This document shows, one piece after another, positions 31,290 through 40,650 of a stretch of DNA of 64,000 bases. Under the pieces are notes generated by a model. That model ran no database searches. It saw nothing but the letters and a program-made list of their open reading frames with translations, and was not told the origin of the DNA. The translations under genes were made by a program, and so were the position numbers. Where the stretch lies: IMG/VR virus record IMGVR_UViG_2875555210_000001. One strand, given 5' to 3'. Origin of the DNA: a virus (lineage: Duplodnaviria > Caudoviricetes). Each line of letters opens with the position of its first letter. Position 1 is the first letter of the stretch.

Positions 31290-31710
31290 TATTGGTGTGT
31301 CGTGTTTGTGCATGTCGCCCTGTGGCTAACGTGTCCTTAGGCGTGGCCTTAGTCATGCGTTAGCGCTGTGCCCTGTGGGCTGTGTAGCGCTGTGCGTAGT
31401 GCTGCCCTGTGCGATGGCTTAGGTATGTGCCTTGGGTGTGGCTGTGTGCCCTGTGGGCTAGCGCTTAGGGCGTGCCCTGTGTGTTGGGCGCTCTGGCCGC
31501 TGTGTGTGTGGCCGTGCCCTGTGTGTGGGAATGGCGCTGTGTGGCGCTGTGCGCTGTGCTGTGCCGTGTGCCCTAGCGGCTTGTGTGTCCGCACTGTGTT
31601 AGTGGCTGTGTGTGGCTGTGAGGCTGTGTTGTGCGTGCCCTGGCCGCGTGGCTGTGTGGGCTGTGCGCTGTGTGGTGCGGCTGGCGCTGTGCGTATGGCC
31701 GCTGTGTTCT
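31290..31710. repeat. TG-rich low-complexity tract
   Basis: Repeated GTGCCCTGTG/GCTGTG units; plus strand strongly depleted of A. Confidence 0.8.
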
Positions 31711-31748
31711 GAAAAGCTGCTCGGTTCTAACCCTCACCTACGCGCATG

Positions 31749-31777
31749 TTGCGCCTTACGTACACGGCGCGTACTGT
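31749..31777 (+). promoter_or_regulatory. promoter with GTAC-N7-GTAC box
   Basis: TTGCGC-N17-TACTGT. Confidence 0.6.
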
Positions 31778-31821
31778 GTCGCTTGTCAGTCACCACAACC
31801 ACCTACCGAAGGGTCACCACA

Positions 31822-32193
31822 ATGAGCACCTACATTGATCAGCTTCTGGACACTGTTACCGATATCGAAGCTGAGCGCGCTAGCCAGTACGCAGAGCACG
31901 ACGTAGACGACACCAGCGCCGACGACATTGCAGACATGCACGATTGGGCAGCTAAGGCAGAAGCTGAGCGCGCGTTTGCAAGGCTTATGCAGCGTGCCCA
32001 CGGCTTGATTGACCGCGCTTACATGTCCAGCAAGGTTGGCTATGCGCAGAGCGCCATTGCTACGGCTCAGCGTGCCCTCACGGTCACTACCGACGCTTAC
32101 GCAGTGGGTGAGGCTAACCACTTGATCGGCGAAGCAACACGGTTGATTGACCGTCTCAACAACAACTATGCAGCGGCTAAGGGCCGGTACTAA
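31822..32193 (+). CDS. hypothetical protein
   Basis: ATG after GAAGGG; MSTYIDQLLD... Confidence 0.7.
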   Translation: MSTYIDQLLDTVTDIEAERASQYAEHDVDDTSADDIADMHDWAAKAEAERAFARLMQRAHGLIDRAYMSSKVGYAQSAIATAQRALTVTTDAYAVGEANHLIGEATRLIDRLNNNYAAAKGRY

Positions 32194-32276
32194 GCCAGCG
32201 TTGCCCGGCCCGGTATGGCTCACAGCCTGCCTGGCCGGTCCCTTACCAGCACTTACCTACAAAAGGAGACACAACA

Positions 32277-32435
32277 ATGGACCCGAACGCGACATTGCGG
32301 GAATTGCGCGAAATGATTGGCGACAGTGACCCGCATAGCGCAGCACGTTCGCGCCGATACGCGGAATTGATCGAATCGCTAGACGATTGGCTCTCAAGTG
32401 GTGGCTTTCTGCCGAGCGACTGGAATAGGGGATAG
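32277..32435 (+). CDS. small hypothetical protein (MDPNATL...GGFLP.DW type)
   Basis: AAGGAG RBS; 52 aa; not in the ORF track. Confidence 0.7.
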   Translation: MDPNATLRELREMIGDSDPHSAARSRRYAELIESLDDWLSSGGFLPSDWNRG

Positions 32436-32441
32436 CGCACC

Positions 32442-32681
32442 ATGAACACGCAAACGATCAACGTCACCACAGAACGCAGCATGACGCGGGCCGGAGTAAT
32501 GCGCCTGGCCGCGCTGGTCACGTTTGGCGCTGGCCTGGCCGCGCTGGCGCTGTACTGGCCGCACGCGGACACGCTGAGCGCTCCCGTACTGCGCTGCACA
32601 GTGACCAATGTGGACGGTCACGTGTACCTAGACGATTGCGACACGTACAGCGACAACGTGACGGGGGAACGCCATGCGTAG
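32442..32681 (+). CDS. membrane/secreted hypothetical protein
   Basis: 79 aa, one TM helix, two Cys. Confidence 0.55.
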   Translation: MNTQTINVTTERSMTRAGVMRLAALVTFGAGLAALALYWPHADTLSAPVLRCTVTNVDGHVYLDDCDTYSDNVTGERHA

Positions 32682-32794
32682 TTTCATCCCGGTTTGGCAC
32701 GGTTGCATGACACATAACGCCAACCATTGCGCAGACTGCCGCACGTGCGACTGTCTCAGGGACAAACCGCGCTAGCCGCGCTCCCCTGGCTTAG

Positions 32795-32827
32795 GACCCG
32801 TTACCCGGTTGGGTAGCGGGTTCTTTA
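32795..32827 (+). terminator. intrinsic terminator
   Basis: ACCCGTTACCC-GGTT-GGGTAGCGGGT followed by TCTTT. Confidence 0.65.
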
Positions 32828-32988
32828 CGTTGTGGCCTGGCCGCTGAGCGCCAGGCGTAGCCGGACACGAACCAAGCAGCTCCGTCGTGGCTGCCCTGGC
32901 CGCTGGCCTAGTGCCACCTAAGGCCACGTAGTGACACACAGGGACACACAGCCTGATCAGGCACTTTATGCGCGTTGTACTTAATCGT

Positions 32989-33017
32989 TTGCAAACATCG
33001 TATGTGCTGTGTAACTT
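32989..33017 (+). promoter_or_regulatory. promoter with degenerate GTAY-N7-GTA box
   Basis: TTGCAA-N17-TAACTT. Confidence 0.55.
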
Positions 33018-33076
33018 GTCTCTTGTCACCACAACCTAGCCGGACCAACCAACCGGCCCGCGAAAGGACTACCGAT

Positions 33077-34318
33077 ATGACTGCCACCCTGACCAAGCTT
33101 TCACAGCGGACGCTGCGCACAGGCTGCCCCAAGTGCAAAAACGAGGGACCGTTCTACCTTGCTTCTGACGAGAACGGCGCAGAGCACTTGGTTATCAAGA
33201 ATGCTTTGACCAAAGCTGCCGCACAGGGCGAAACCATTGCCGCACAGTTCCAGCACGTGTGCGTCGAAACGTTCGGCACTAACGAGGGCAACGGTGACGC
33301 TACCGGCGGTAGCACTACCGAGACCGGGCGCAACATTCTTACCGACACTCAGGGGAGCGTGCCGACGCAGGGGACCGCTACCGAGACTGTGCCCACGACT
33401 GGCGCTAACGGTGCCGACGCTGGCGAAATGGACGCGTTGCGCGAACTGCTGCTTAAGGTGCTCGGTAAGCAGCAGCTTGACGAGACCCAGATTGAGGCGA
33501 TCATTTCGCGCAAGATGGAAGAGTTCGTTTACCCGACGCGGACGTATGTCCAGACCGAGACCGAGACCCGCGAGATTGAGGGTGTCACTCATAAGCAGTT
33601 CGGCGACATTCTCGATGCCATCGCTAGCGGTGAAAACGTGCAGTTGGTCGGCGGCCCCGGTGTCGGTAAGACTCACGTGTGTGAGCAGGTGGCAGAAGCG
33701 CTTAGCCGTGAGTTCTACGTGGTCAACTTTCACTTGCAGAGCACGGCGTCGGAACTCAAGGGCTACATGTCCGCTACGGGCGAGTACGTGCCCACGGCGG
33801 TTTACGATTGGGCGACTAACCCTGAGGGTGGCGTGCTGCTCTGCGATGAAGTGGACCGGGCGCACGCGGGTATCCTGGCTGGCCTCAACTCCATCCTGTC
33901 TAACCGTTTCCTTGCGCTCCCCAACCGTGAGATTGTCCGTCTCAATGACAACCACGTGATTCTGGCCGCTACCAACACTTGGGGTATGGGTCCCACGTGG
34001 GAATACCCGGCAGCTCAGAAATTCAGCGCTGAGTTCATGGACCGGTTCATCGCAATGGAAATTGAGATTGATACCGATATCGAAATGGCAGCCGCTATGG
34101 CTAAGGGCGCTCCGGTTGACGTGACCAAGCGTGCAGTTGCCTACGTGCAGCGCGTTCGGGAGAACGTTAAGCGTGAGGCTGTGACCGGGGTGGTTATCTC
34201 GCCTCGTGCGTCTCAGAAGATGGCCGCGCTTCTGGCGCGTAACGTCGATTGGGATAAGGCAGTCGCTTGGTCGCTGCGTAAGGGCATGGATGAAGCTACG
34301 TGGCGTAAGGTGGCCTAG
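33077..34318 (+). CDS. MoxR/CbbQ/CobS-like AAA+ ATPase
   Basis: GGPGVGKT Walker A, LLCDEVD Walker B, AATNT sensor, DRF; AAAGGA RBS. Confidence 0.9.
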   Translation: MTATLTKLSQRTLRTGCPKCKNEGPFYLASDENGAEHLVIKNALTKAAAQGETIAAQFQHVCVETFGTNEGNGDATGGSTTETGRNILTDTQGSVPTQGTATETVPTTGANGADAGEMDALRELLLKVLGKQQLDETQIEAIISRKMEEFVYPTRTYVQTETETREIEGVTHKQFGDILDAIASGENVQLVGGPGVGKTHVCEQVAEALSREFYVVNFHLQSTASELKGYMSATGEYVPTAVYDWATNPEGGVLLCDEVDRAHAGILAGLNSILSNRFLALPNREIVRLNDNHVILAATNTWGMGPTWEYPAAQKFSAEFMDRFIAMEIEIDTDIEMAAAMAKGAPVDVTKRAVAYVQRVRENVKREAVTGVVISPRASQKMAALLARNVDWDKAVAWSLRKGMDEATWRKVA

Positions 34319-34332
34319 CCACTAGCCCACAG

Positions 34333-34371
34333 GGGACCGGTTACCGCTCTGGTAGCCGGTCCCTTTGCTTT
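34333..34371 (+). terminator. intrinsic terminator
   Basis: GGGACCGGTTACC-GCTCT-GGTAGCCGGTCCC followed by TTTGCTTT. Confidence 0.75.
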
Positions 34372-34447
34372 GCGCCTAAGCACGCCTTAGCGCGTGCCAG
34401 CCAGCATGACGGAGCTGCTTGGTTCCGGCCCCTGGCCGCGTACGCGG

Positions 34448-34477
34448 TTGCGTCACCACGTACACGTGCTGTACCTT
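34448..34477 (+). promoter_or_regulatory. promoter with GTAC-N7-GTAC box
   Basis: TTGCGT-N18-TACCTT. Confidence 0.6.
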
Positions 34478-34520
34478 GACCCGTAGCAGGTCACCACGGC
34501 CCAAACGGGAGGATTGAAAA

Positions 34521-35369
34521 ATGCAGGTCACCAAACCGGGCAACATTATCCAACACAGCTACGCCAGCCTTGCAGAGTTCGCCGAATACCAGCGCTCCCA
34601 CAAGCACTACAACATGGGCAAGCGCAGCGCAGCGGCTAACCGTGAGTTCTCCGGCGTGGCCAGCATTAACGAGGCGTGCGACAAAGCACTAGCCGGACTG
34701 CCAGAAGATGGCGTTAAGGTTCTGGACACGTCACGGTCCCTTACCGATAGCGCCATGCGGCAAGTGTCCGCGTACGACATGGAAAGCACGTACGACGTAG
34801 CCGGTTCATACGTCGATATGGGACGGTTCGTTACCGGTGAACCTGAGTGCATGATTCAAACCACGTTCGATGAAGTGCCCGTTACCCGTCCCGTCGTGAC
34901 CATCGTTAGCAATATCAACGCGTCCGGCGGTATCGGCAAGGACGAACTACGGGACCGTGGTCGGTTGATCGTGGCACTGATCAAGGCAGTTGAAACGTCG
35001 GGCCGGTCCACTGAGCTTTGGACGGACTCAACCAACCAAGCGCGTAAGGGCTACGAGACGATTGACGAGTATTACCGGATCAGCGTCAAGATCAAGGCTG
35101 CCAGCCAGCCGCTAGACATGGGCGCTGTGATGTACGCGTTTACAGACCCGTCCATGCTGCGTGTTCTCAAGTTCAACGCCATGCACGCGCTACCCGCGTC
35201 GGAGCAACGTAAGTACAACGTCGGTAGCGGCTACGGGTACGTGGTTAAGGAATCTGTGTGCGTCCCTGAGACCTACGGTGACGGGGCGGTTTACTTGCCA
35301 GCCGTGCGCTTGGGCGACAACGCAGAAGAGACCGTTAAGCAGGTTCTACGGGACTTAGGTATCGGCTAG
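34521..35369 (+). CDS. VWA-like partner of AAA ATPase (paralog 1)
   Basis: DVAGSYVDMGRFVTGEPECM, then a beta strand and K...PLD motif; GGGAGG RBS. Confidence 0.65.
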   Translation: MQVTKPGNIIQHSYASLAEFAEYQRSHKHYNMGKRSAAANREFSGVASINEACDKALAGLPEDGVKVLDTSRSLTDSAMRQVSAYDMESTYDVAGSYVDMGRFVTGEPECMIQTTFDEVPVTRPVVTIVSNINASGGIGKDELRDRGRLIVALIKAVETSGRSTELWTDSTNQARKGYETIDEYYRISVKIKAASQPLDMGAVMYAFTDPSMLRVLKFNAMHALPASEQRKYNVGSGYGYVVKESVCVPETYGDGAVYLPAVRLGDNAEETVKQVLRDLGIG

Positions 35370-35385
35370 CCGGTACCGGTCCACT

Positions 35386-35420
35386 AAGCGCCAGGGGAGC
35401 AAGTGCCCTGGCGCTTTTTT
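35386..35420 (+). terminator. intrinsic terminator
   Basis: AAGCGCCAGGG...CCCTGGCGCTTTTTT. Confidence 0.75.
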
Positions 35421-36050
35421 CGTGCCCTGGCTGGCGCGTCCCCTAAGCGCCCCTAGCGCGTTCTAGGGCACCCGTTACCCTAACCGGCCCCTAAAAGTCT
35501 GCCAGCGTTGAATCTAGCGGCCATTCTGGCGCGCTCCCGGCTGGCTTAGTTATTCCCCGGCGCGGTACCCGTCCCCCGGCTGGCGCTGGCACGCTCCCCC
35601 GGTCCGTCGCCCTGGCCGCGTACCCGGCTGGCTTATCCGGTCCCCTGGCCGCTGGCGCTAAGCAACCTAAGCGCGCTTAGCCGTAAGGCACGTTCACCAG
35701 AGCTGGCACAAGTCGGACTAGCGGTTACCGCTAACTAGTTCGCAAGCCTAAGGGTTTGGCCGAAAAAAGTTTCGTTTGCCTAAGTAAATGGGCCGAACGG
35801 GTGTTCGATCGCTTAGCGGGCAAATCGCTCATCCGTTCGAGGCTGCTGCTCGGTTCCCACCCGGCCTAACCCCTGCTGCGTACCCGCTGACCAGGGCCGA
35901 CCTAAGCCTAAGGCCGCCCCAGCCGTGGGGGCTGCTCGGTTCTCCACCGCCCCCGCCCGCCTGACCAGGCCAAACGCCCAGCCGGGGCCGGGGGGAAGAA
36001 TTGGCATAATTGCAAAATTGGAAAATTGCGGAATTGAGAAAATTGGAAAA

Positions 36051-36533
36051 TCAGCGCTTCGCGCGATCCACCCAGTACGCAGTCAACATTGCCGCATTCA
36101 CAGCCGCCAACGCGGGAGCACTACCCGCCTGCGTCACCGTGGACGACACAGCCATAGCCGTCTTGATAAACCGCACCAGAGACCAGTACGCACCACGTGA
36201 GTACGCCTGAGCCGCACCGCGCCCGTACTTGCGCTCATACGCGATCACAGCCGCCTTATGTGCCGCGAGCAACTTAGCCGCATCCGCTGGCTTAATGACC
36301 TTGCTCTCATCGCGCCCAATGCGCGGTATCCGCTTGCCCTCAGCGTTAGCGCCGTTCACAAAGTGTTCCTTGTCGGACCCCGTAAGGCCCAGAGCATCAG
36401 CCGCCGCGTTCGGGTCACTGTGCTTCTCGGCAGAAGCATCCACAGCAGGCCGCTTATCGACAGTTAGATCACTGTCACCGCCCTTACTGCCACCCTTACC
36501 ACCGCCGGTACCGCCGCCACCGCGACCACCCAT
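36051..36533 (-). CDS. MGGRG-leader protein
   Basis: AAGGGGG RBS then MGGRGGGGTGGGKGGSKGG; 160 aa; isolated on the opposite strand to its neighbours. Confidence 0.75.
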   Translation of the reverse strand: MGGRGGGGTGGGKGGSKGGDSDLTVDKRPAVDASAEKHSDPNAAADALGLTGSDKEHFVNGANAEGKRIPRIGRDESKVIKPADAAKLLAAHKAAVIAYERKYGRGAAQAYSRGAYWSLVRFIKTAMAVSSTVTQAGSAPALAAVNAAMLTAYWVDRAKR

Positions 36534-36557
36534 GCTTAACCCCCTTAGTAAGAACAT

Positions 36558-36585
36558 TTGACACTCGGTACAGGGCATGTATTGT
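36558..36585 (+). promoter_or_regulatory. promoter with GTAC-N7-GTAT box (leaderless transcript)
   Basis: TTGACA-N16-TATTGT; ATG 7 nt downstream. Confidence 0.65.
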
Positions 36586-36592
36586 GAGGTCC

Positions 36593-36808
36593 ATGAGCAA
36601 CAGCCGAGTGAAGTGGGTCAGCCCCACCGGATTCACTGTCATGTACGAACACGAGGACGGCAGCGTGAGCTACGACTTCCCGACCGAGCGTCACCCGCAG
36701 CTCCCCCGCGAGGACACGTCCAACAAGGGCAAGTTCGGCCTCAAGGGCGCGGTCCAGGCCGTGATGGCTGACGAGGACGCCGCCGACGCACTAGCGATGG
36801 CGAGCTGA
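36593..36808 (+). CDS. hypothetical protein
   Basis: ATG at the predicted transcription start. Confidence 0.6.
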   Translation: MSNSRVKWVSPTGFTVMYEHEDGSVSYDFPTERHPQLPREDTSNKGKFGLKGAVQAVMADEDAADALAMAS

Positions 36809-36809
36809 C

Positions 36810-37088
36810 ATGCCCACACAGACCCGACACACCTACGACATAGGCGACCTGGTACGCGAGCGTGCCACCGCTAAGGACTGGGAACTGATCTTTGACAACG
36901 GCAAGGTCGTTGTCTACGAGAAGCCCGGCAGATACGGCGGCATGTTCGAGCTGGAAGTCCGATTCGACCGCGATGGCCGCATCGAGTGGGCAGAGAAACG
37001 TAAGGACGGCGAGTGGACCAGCCGTATGCACGTAATGGACGACTTCGGCACCACTGACGTGCAGATCGAAACTCTGCGACTGTTCTAA
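36810..37088 (+). CDS. hypothetical protein
   Basis: 92 aa, tightly packed in operon. Confidence 0.65.
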   Translation: MPTQTRHTYDIGDLVRERATAKDWELIFDNGKVVVYEKPGRYGGMFELEVRFDRDGRIEWAEKRKDGEWTSRMHVMDDFGTTDVQIETLRLF

Positions 37089-37100
37089 GGACACGTAAAC

Positions 37101-37364
37101 ATGAGCGCATTCACAAAATGGATTGACACGTTCCTAGACGAGAAGGACGTGAACCTTGACCACACGTTCGTCATCGAAACACCCGGCCACCAGTGGGAAT
37201 CGCACCTGATCCCCGTAGCCGTCGTGGTAGAGGTAGCCAAGAGCGTGTCCGCGTCCGAGCAGCTACAGATCAAGAACACGCTGGTCAGGCTCGACGCGTG
37301 CAACCAGCCGGTGCTCCCCTACTTCGAGCACCTAGCTAAAGCTCTCGCAGAAGCCGTGGACTAG
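37101..37364 (+). CDS. hypothetical protein
   Basis: 87 aa; AAGGA RBS. Confidence 0.7.
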   Translation: MSAFTKWIDTFLDEKDVNLDHTFVIETPGHQWESHLIPVAVVVEVAKSVSASEQLQIKNTLVRLDACNQPVLPYFEHLAKALAEAVD

Positions 37365-37451
37365 CGTCTACCGGTGTAACTTGGTGGGCGGGTCTGGTTA
37401 TCACATAACCGGGTCCGCCCACACGCATTTCAAGCTAAGGAATGAATAAGG

Positions 37452-37646
37452 GTGCCTAGCTTTCTCCCAGACATACCCGACAGCGCCGCAGCACTCATGC
37501 TCCGACAGGAACGACAACGCTTGACGCAAGAGCGCATTCGCCTAGTGCGCGAGATTGAGCACAACCAGCACCGCATCGACGCAATCGACGCGCGTCTAAG
37601 GGAGGTTAACGATGGAGAGCGTGTACTCTCCGAGCATGGTTTCTGA
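37452..37646 (+). CDS. coiled-coil hypothetical protein
   Basis: 64 aa. Confidence 0.55.
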   Translation: MPSFLPDIPDSAAALMLRQERQRLTQERIRLVREIEHNQHRIDAIDARLREVNDGERVLSEHGF

Positions 37647-37845
37647 CGCCACACTAATTGCCATCGCTGCCCGCACCGAGGCGATAGTTGCTGAGACCGT
37701 GGCACTTTACGACGCCATACGGGACGCTAAAGAAACGGGCTATTCATATAACGAGCTAGAAGCGGCGACTAAGTTTACGCGTGGCACATTGCAAAACATT
37801 GCAGCAGGTAAAAACCCGCGACTTTCAGTAGAAGATCGGTGTTGA
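37636..37845 (+). CDS. small HTH-like protein
   Basis: GYSYNELEAATKFTRGTLQNI resembles a helix-turn-helix. Confidence 0.55.
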   Translation: MVSDATLIAIAARTEAIVAETVALYDAIRDAKETGYSYNELEAATKFTRGTLQNIAAGKNPRLSVEDRC

Positions 37846-37870
37846 CACAGCCGTACTAGCCGTGTACCGT
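37842..37870 (+). promoter_or_regulatory. promoter with GTAC-N7-GTAC box (leaderless transcript)
   Basis: TTGACA-N17-TACCGT; ATG at 37878. Confidence 0.7.
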
Positions 37871-37877
37871 GAGTGAC

Positions 37878-38252
37878 ATGAGCAACGACAGCAGCCCACG
37901 CGCCCTGGTCCTCCATCCCCACGGAGCGCATTGGTTCATGGAAGCGCCACACGCCCATGAGCTGACAGCCATGCAGAACGCAGTGGGCGGCAACATCGAA
38001 GCCGTGTACGGGTGGAGTAGCCCCGACGCGGAAGTGTTCGACGTGACGTTCTTTTGCCACGACGAAGGTAGAATCTTGAATCAGCCGGTGAACTGGCAGG
38101 CAACGACGCTGTGGTGGCGCACGAACCCTGCTATGCCCGGCGTCGACCACCTGCGCGGAGTGGTTGTGGTGACCGGTGGCGCAGACGAGGACGGGAACAC
38201 CCTGCCCGTCCCCGATACGGTGGTCGAAATGTTGGAGCGGGCGGGGGAGTAA
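37878..38252 (+). CDS. DUF3846-like protein
   Basis: LTAMQNAVGGNIEAV...DEGR....N..AT...LRGVVVVTG. Confidence 0.7.
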   Translation: MSNDSSPRALVLHPHGAHWFMEAPHAHELTAMQNAVGGNIEAVYGWSSPDAEVFDVTFFCHDEGRILNQPVNWQATTLWWRTNPAMPGVDHLRGVVVVTGGADEDGNTLPVPDTVVEMLERAGE

Positions 38253-38348
38253 TCCCCCGCCCGTCTCCCATTCATCAAACTTCTCTGTCTTTAGCCTCTT
38301 TCGCTAAAGCATCCTAAATTTACTAAACCTCAAAGGGGTGGCTTAATC

Positions 38349-39200
38349 ATGCGTATGCAACGTTACGAGGACAAGGAACGTAGCCTCAAGCGGAGCGTTA
38401 TCACGTTCGATTCGTTCGATGAGCTGCTAACCCATAACCGCGAAGGTACAGACCACCGGTCTAAGCACATGGACGACCCGTCGTTCTACGGCGTTAAGGA
38501 CATGAAGGAAGCTGACCAGCTCGGCCAGAAGGGTTTGCCCAAAGCTGGTATCGAGGCGATCAACATTGCAGAGCACAAAGTGGCCCTGCTAGCGGGCGAT
38601 CTGTACCGGCCCGCGTACAACGAGTACCACGACACTGCCGGGGCATTCGTGGACATGGGGCGCTACATGGAAGGTGAGCCGGAGTGCATGGTCGACTTCA
38701 CGCCGACCGAGGAACCCGGCCAGAATAAGATTGTCGCGCTCATCCTTAACATCACCTACAACTGGGCGATTAGCGCTAAGGCGATTAAGGAGAACGGCCA
38801 GGCAATGTTTGCTCTGGTTGAAGCTATCGAAACCGCTGGGATGCAGGCCGAAATCTGGGTCGACATGTACGTGCGTGGTTTCGGTAGCGAATACCGTGCC
38901 CGTACCGCTGTGCGGCTTAAGAAAGCGGGTGAGGCATTCGACGTGTCCATGTTCATGTACGCGCTGACCCACAACTCATTCCTTCGCGCTCACCTGTTCA
39001 ACGCGATGCACTCCCACGATTCCGACGTGCGCGATGCCTGCGGTATCCACCCGTCCGGCGGGTACGGCTCGTGCATCAACAACGCACAGGACATGGAGGA
39101 CTTTCCTCCGTACTCGATTTACATTCCTTGCATTTCCAGCGACTCGCAGGCCGGTAAGTTCGTACCTGCCGTGCTGCGCCAGCTCGGCCTCATGAAGTAG
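38349..39200 (+). CDS. VWA-like protein (paralog 2)
   Basis: DTAGAFVDMGRYMEGEPECM; colinear similarity to 34521..35369. Confidence 0.65.
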   Translation: MRMQRYEDKERSLKRSVITFDSFDELLTHNREGTDHRSKHMDDPSFYGVKDMKEADQLGQKGLPKAGIEAINIAEHKVALLAGDLYRPAYNEYHDTAGAFVDMGRYMEGEPECMVDFTPTEEPGQNKIVALILNITYNWAISAKAIKENGQAMFALVEAIETAGMQAEIWVDMYVRGFGSEYRARTAVRLKKAGEAFDVSMFMYALTHNSFLRAHLFNAMHSHDSDVRDACGIHPSGGYGSCINNAQDMEDFPPYSIYIPCISSDSQAGKFVPAVLRQLGLMK

Positions 39201-39228
39201 AAATGTCACAGTGACGGAAGGTGTCGCA

Positions 39229-39474
39229 ATGCCTGAGTGTGTAGATCACAACCACGTTGACGAACTGGGAGCCTGCGAGGGTGCAGTGAGCCTCTACGCG
39301 TCCCTCTCCGGATCGGGAGAGTCGTACCCGCGCTGTGAGCGCCACTACCGGCTGTACGTCGAACGTCTGCAACCGCAGATTGACGCTATCCGCCGGAACT
39401 ACCCCGACACCGACCAGCCGCCAAGCTGGTTTGACCCGACCTATGCCGGAGAACGCTGGAATGAAGATGATTAA
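39229..39474 (+). CDS. Cys-containing hypothetical protein
   Basis: RCERH..PSWFDPTYAGERW. Confidence 0.6.
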   Translation: MPECVDHNHVDELGACEGAVSLYASLSGSGESYPRCERHYRLYVERLQPQIDAIRRNYPDTDQPPSWFDPTYAGERWNEDD

Positions 39475-39628
39475 CAAGTGGCGTCCGCGCCTCGTTAAGG
39501 CGACCTTGGGGCAGTTCTTTACCGCCATGTCCCAAGCGTCTAACACTCAGTCAGACGAGAAGCTGTTTATGGTGACAATGGGGCCGTTTATGTTCGTAGG
39601 CCCCGGCGAGAGGCGTGCATGGAAATGA
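39461..39628 (+). CDS. small hypothetical protein
   Basis: Fills the operon gap. Confidence 0.4.
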   Translation: MKMINKWRPRLVKATLGQFFTAMSQASNTQSDEKLFMVTMGPFMFVGPGERRAWK

Positions 39629-40188
39629 GCGACGACAACGTTGACATTCGCATTGAACTGCCGCTGCCTATCGACATTACCGGCACGCTCATAAACGTTA
39701 TCGGGCTAACCTGGCCGCACGCCGTCATCAAGGACGACGGCAACGATAAAGGCTGGCGTTCCGATAACCGGCTAGTCCTCAGCATTCCACCGGAGGACCG
39801 GCATAAGAGCGCTAAGAAGGCCGAGAAGTACGCCAAGGTCAAGGCACACCTGAAAGCCGAAACCGACGCGATGATTAGCGAGCTGGACCCCAACGCATTC
39901 AGCTTGGGCCTGCCAGCTTGGCTAGCCGATCAGTTCGTGGCAATCGCTAAGGTCTGGCACGCCCAGTACCCCGAGGGCACCAACTACCTGGAATCCACGC
40001 TGCGCGAGAAGGACACTAACCAAGAGTGGGTGTTCTACGTCGCCAAGGCTAAGGACCGGACCCCACACGCGCTCCGTCAGGTCGCAGAGAATAAGCTAGA
40101 GAAACTTAAAGCGTTAGCGCTTGACGCTAAGGCAGAGAATGAGCGGCTTACCCCCGACGAAATTCTCGCCATTATAGGTGTTGACTAG
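39619..40188 (+). CDS. hypothetical protein
   Basis: 189 aa ORF. Confidence 0.7.
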   Translation: MEMSDDNVDIRIELPLPIDITGTLINVIGLTWPHAVIKDDGNDKGWRSDNRLVLSIPPEDRHKSAKKAEKYAKVKAHLKAETDAMISELDPNAFSLGLPAWLADQFVAIAKVWHAQYPEGTNYLESTLREKDTNQEWVFYVAKAKDRTPHALRQVAENKLEKLKALALDAKAENERLTPDEILAIIGVD

Positions 40189-40209
40189 TCAGTATACGGC
40201 CTGTACGGT
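40181..40209 (+). promoter_or_regulatory. promoter with GTAT-N7-GTAC box (leaderless transcript)
   Basis: TTGACT-N17-TACGGT; ATG at 40216. Confidence 0.7.
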
Positions 40210-40215
40210 AAACGC

Positions 40216-40650
40216 ATGAGCGATATCAACCGGCCCGCACCGAACCCCTGCGCCTCATGCCCATACCGGCGCGACGTGCCAAGCGGCATCTGGGCCGAAC
40301 AGGAATACGTCAAGCTCCCCCAGTACGACGCTGACATGCCTTACCAGCCGACCGGACTGTTCCAGTGCCACCAGAACGAACGGAACGACCCGCACGCCCG
40401 GCTCTGCGCCGGTTGGGTCGGAACCCACGGCCCCGACAACCTGCTAGCACTGCGCCTGGCATCCGCGTTCGGGTCCATGTCGCACGAGGAGCTGGACGCG
40501 ACATTCGACTACAGCAGCCCCGTCCCACTCTTCGCCAGCGGGCACGAAGCCGCAGAGCACGGCGTGCGTGATATCGACGCGCCTGACGAGGACGCAGAGC
40601 GAGCAATCGCCAAGATCGCTAAGCGCCGCAACGACGTAAGGATGAGCTAA
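40216..40650 (+). CDS. DUF6283-like Cys-rich protein
   Basis: PCASCPYRRDVPSGIW...FQCH...CAGW. Confidence 0.65.
   Translation: MSDINRPAPNPCASCPYRRDVPSGIWAEQEYVKLPQYDADMPYQPTGLFQCHQNERNDPHARLCAGWVGTHGPDNLLALRLASAFGSMSHEELDATFDYSSPVPLFASGHEAAEHGVRDIDAPDEDAERAIAKIAKRRNDVRMS

Noticed and set aside
31349-31825. Cys-rich and His-rich ORFs in the track (e.g. 31368..31712)
   Set aside because: Artefacts of the TG-rich low-complexity tract; no RBS.
31290-36050. CRISPR-like array in the repeat-rich region
   Set aside because: Repeats are short, degenerate and irregularly spaced, and no cas genes are present.
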